DNA from: Catajapyx aquilonaris
Lineage: Eukaryota
Length of the DNA: 64,000 nt
NCBI GenBank assembly: GCA_000934665.2
Contig: JYFJ02000141.1
Span: 1-64,000, forward strand
Direction of reading: 5' to 3'
Position numbers and translations under genes: made by a program. The notes below the pieces were generated by a model. It saw only the letters and a program-made list of their open reading frames with translations, was not told the origin of the DNA and ran no database searches. Positions 60,301-64,000 of the stretch are shown here, in pieces. Within the stretch, counting starts at the first letter, position 1; each line of letters opens with the position of its first letter.

Positions 60301-61580
60301 CGTTTGGTAAACAAGGTCTGTTGTGCAACCGGGAGAGAATTTAGCGCCTGGTGACGTAACAGGGATATTGCGTGTTAGAGGATTGGATGTTGGGAGGAAT
60401 CTCGTTTTACTGGGGTGTTTATTAGGTGGGCAAATTGTCACATTACAGGCTCCGAGTATGTGGATAAACAGGGTGGTCCAAGTTATGTGTTGTTTACTAA
60501 AGCAACCAGTTTCAAGATAAACTTTGGCCACAGTAACTTGGGAGATGTGAGGTTGGAAACTAAAGATTTATCGCAGGGAAGTTGTGGCTTGGAAATGATA
60601 AGCAGACAACTCTGGGTGGTAAACTTACCAATCCTCGTGAAGAAAATATTTGTTAGAGTATGCAACACAAAAAATTTGCATTGTTGGGTTGCATCATGCA
60701 AAGTCCCCATACTCCACTGCTGCATACCTGTGGATTTTGACACCAACATGAGCACAAGGCTCTAACTGGATGTGGCGTAGTTTTTGGTTACTTTGACCAT
60801 AAAGGTAATGAGTAATCTCGATGTAGTTGATGAATTAATTAGTTCGTGATTTTAATTTTCAAGTCAGCCCCGTCCACTTTCCTCTTGGCAAATTCCTGTG
60901 GGCGCCGATGCCTGGAAACCATGACGGACTACAACGTCTGGTAATTTGCTCTCGATGTACAGTACAACATGCAACGCGGTTATCAGTATAGTGGAAAGAA
61001 TATTGCTACTGGTACACTCACCTTCCGCCATCATAGCATTTATAGTTCACATTACTTTCTATAGGATTATATTCACACTACATCATATTTTACTGGCTCA
61101 TTATCAGAAATTGTACTTGTGTGATCAGGAAAGTAAACTCAGTCATACAAAGATTCATCCAAAACGAGTTATGAAACAGATACATAATAATCATTGCAAA
61201 CAGTAATGTGACCATTATATTAATAATATTATGTACGTTAGTTCTGTTTATTGCACCCAACTTGTGCGAGCAAATATACGGCTAACGACACCTTTGTGTA
61301 ATATTTTTGCAAATATCGATAATATGTGTGTGCGACTGACTGGATTTCAAGGTGACCCTTAGAACACCAAAACCAACAAAGCTGTCCGTTTCATAACACA
61401 AGTACCTCAAAAAACATAGTTATATAGAACCTAACTTTGCGTATTTCGGGCGTTGGAACCTAAATGTGCTATTAGCGCCTATTTCCACCTTCTTGACGCC
61501 GTTCAGTGAGATGTTCGAGAGTTTGAGGGCTTTCCGTTCAAGGCAAGTTCAAGGCAACCCTCCCACTTCAACTTGCAAAA

Positions 61581-61690
61581 GGTGAAGAAGCAGTAGACAT
61601 TCCGGATGAACTGGCTGTAGAAGACATTTCACCTTTCAAGTATGTTACTTCGGGTGACGTCGAAAGGTCATTTTAAGCATATAAAAATAC
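61581..61690 (+). mobile_element. Decayed hAT-like transposase C-terminal fragment
   Basis: Translates GEEAVDIPDELAVEDISPFKYVTSGDVERSF*AYKN. This resembles the FKYAPxTSxDVERSFS.YK C-terminal motif of arthropod hAT-type transposases, with a small deletion and an internal stop. Confidence 0.6.
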
Positions 61691-64000
61691 GTGTGTATAG
61701 ACTATATTATGATTAATGAGTATGTGATGATTTATCAGAGCCTATATTGGTATTGGACTGCCACCAGTAATAAATAACTGCCTATCATAACATTGTTGCT
61801 GACAGAACAGTTGATGGTTAATTAGATCTTATTACAGTTGTGGGCCAATACTGCTGACTGCTGCTCCACATCAGTAAACCTGTAGTACACGTTATGTTTC
61901 ATTACTAAAATTGAGTGTGACAAGTTTTTGCACGAACTTGATCCACGCATGCAAGTGGAGCACGACCCATTCTAATATTAGTAAAATCGTGAATATTTAA
62001 TGTCAAATTTCCCACTCTGCATTTGGACCCGTAACACTACCAGTTTTTTGGTAAAATATTTTCAAAAGTAATTTAATATTTTACTTTGCGCATTGCTTGA
62101 TGACTGCCATGCTAAGCGGTGAAAACAAATCATATTTCACGACCACATTTTAGCTAATTCCGCGTGCTCCCTTATATGTAAATATCACGCAATACCATTC
62201 TCTTGAAAGTCATATAAAAATGGCTCTTAAATTTAACAGCATTGCATAGCATTCTTTATCGCTACCAACACGTGACATTATCCCTGCTCATTACATGGGA
62301 TATGACACATCAGTAAACTGGTGACTGACCAATCGAAAATGACACCATACCCTACACCTTCCAAAATATTGCCATACACACAGCCCTGTACAAAAGCGAA
62401 ATTGTTTCCACCTGACATTACACATTTAACGTCACTTGAATAGCCCAGCATGTAACATCAAAAGTACAGCCATAAACCGAGCTTTTGTCCCAGCAAGAAG
62501 CTTTGACAACAACGTTAGTCCAAACCACAATCTGTTCTCAACAAAAGGCCCCGCTTGGAATATACGGCCCTGAATGAGACAAGATCCTGAGAGAAACAAG
62601 GCAATGGCAGGCGACCATTTGAACGTCACACCCCCCAGAGTGTCAGATTGAAAAAATATTGAGAGACCAAAAATATCTCGTGTCTGGCTATACTGAGCAA
62701 AAAATGGGAATAGCATTTGGAGAAAAAAATACGACTCTTGCTTGTTCTGCTGGCGTGACAGACACGGATGACCTTTCGTGACAGCAATCTGTAACCGTGG
62801 GTGGAAAGTGATGAGCTCATTTTCGTGTATTTTTGCGTGTTAGCAGGACAGAGCGAGATCATCACATGGGCGGTATACTGTTCAAACACTTTTATTCGCC
62901 ACCCTTGCGAATCCTAGATCCATAAGTAGACTCTACTACAGTACTGCTTGATACACCGGATTTAATTTTTTTTGAAATGTGGATTTTCGTCAAAGAGAAA
63001 AGGAGAGCAAACTTATGTTTGAAATGAGCCCATTAAGCGTCATTTTTACAAGGTTGTAATCCTGACATTCATTAGTATTAGGAAAGGAATGGAAATAAAT
63101 TCGGCCAGTAGGTATGCAGTAGTTTGAGGTTGAAGAATAGAAAGACCACTGTGATGATCCACTTGGTATTCGGATTCTGTTCCCGACTTTTATGGACGAA
63201 CCAAGTGTGGATTACAGTCTGTGGGGAAATCGATCGTGTATGGGAAAAGTTGGATTTATTCTTCAACCGTGTTCTTTGGATTCGTGACGGAAATGGCTCC
63301 CAGGAAATGACTTTTCGGACTTCTCAACACTATCGTTCAGTCCACTTTCATCAGGTCCGAACTATTGCATTGGGAGCACATACTGAAGGCGTGTCTTTCA
63401 AATGTTGACACTAACTAGGCTGCTTTGTGTATCTAAACGTGTTCCTAAATTAATGAATGGGAGAGATGAATAGCGGGCAATTGATTTAATTTGAGGCGGA
63501 GTTTTGTGTTTCTTTTGGAGAGGAACAGGATGGCTTTTATTAGTCGGCTTGTTAACTGTGCTTTCACTTGGGGGCAATTTTCAGCAAATCCTCGGTTCAA
63601 ATCATTTCGTTTGCTACCAACATGTCTGCTTAATTTCGTACTTGTGCATTCAATTAGTGAATGCCGAGGGGTTCCTCTCCTATGCAGGGTTATTAGTCCT
63701 TTACAATTAGCCTCGTGCCAACCATCCGGACTAATAGTCGTCTATAATAAGTCTTAGACATGTAATCATTGCGTTGATTTCGTACAGTACGAATCAACTG
63801 AGGTTCACGTAATGAGTATAATAGGGCAGATTTAGTCCGCATATGTTGTGAAAAAAATACACTTTGTGCATTGCATCCAAATGTTACATGATGGTGAAAA
63901 GTAGTTTCATTGACGTAGCACATTAATCCTGATTGCAAAATGGAAACCCGCACACACTTAAAGCACGAGTCGGATTAAACCTCTACACCTAATCCTACGC

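Noticed and set aside
59380..60780. Possible retroelement debris (RT- or gag-like words; ORFs 60415-60765 and 59385-59741)
   Set aside because: No diagnostic motif (YxDD, CCHC, protease DSG/DTG) could be read.

Overview
Eukaryotic DNA with spliceosomal introns, most likely a non-dipteran, non-lepidopteran arthropod (inferred from gene content). No prokaryotic features are present. It has four blocks. (1) 1-22.6 kb: a head-to-tail (+) tandem array of eight S10 serine carboxypeptidase genes (CPVL / venom / vitellogenic carboxypeptidase-like). Copy 1 runs off the left edge, copy 2 has lost its catalytic Asp/His region, and copies 3-8 have complete GESYAG / GQxD / NxGH motifs. (2) 22.8-24.9 kb: the polyadenylation factor CstF-50 (CSTF1). 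(3) 25.2-27.0 kb: a TA-flanked TIR element with a second ~1 kb long-TIR element nested inside it. (4) ~28-57 kb: two paralogous class B (secretin-family) GPCRs of the parathyroid hormone receptor-like (iPTHR) type, arranged tail-to-tail with nearly identical exon sizes. I see no evidence of a wholly new biological system. The most notable features are the non-catalytic carboxypeptidase copy, a precise two-intron difference in copies 2/3, a gene-conversion tract between copies 7 and 8, a GC-AG intron, a tandem 6-nt splice donor in ICL3 conserved in both receptors, and a PTH1R-like 'QEWESAL' C-terminus. All exon boundaries were read by hand from splice signals, phase and paralog comparison, with no expression data.
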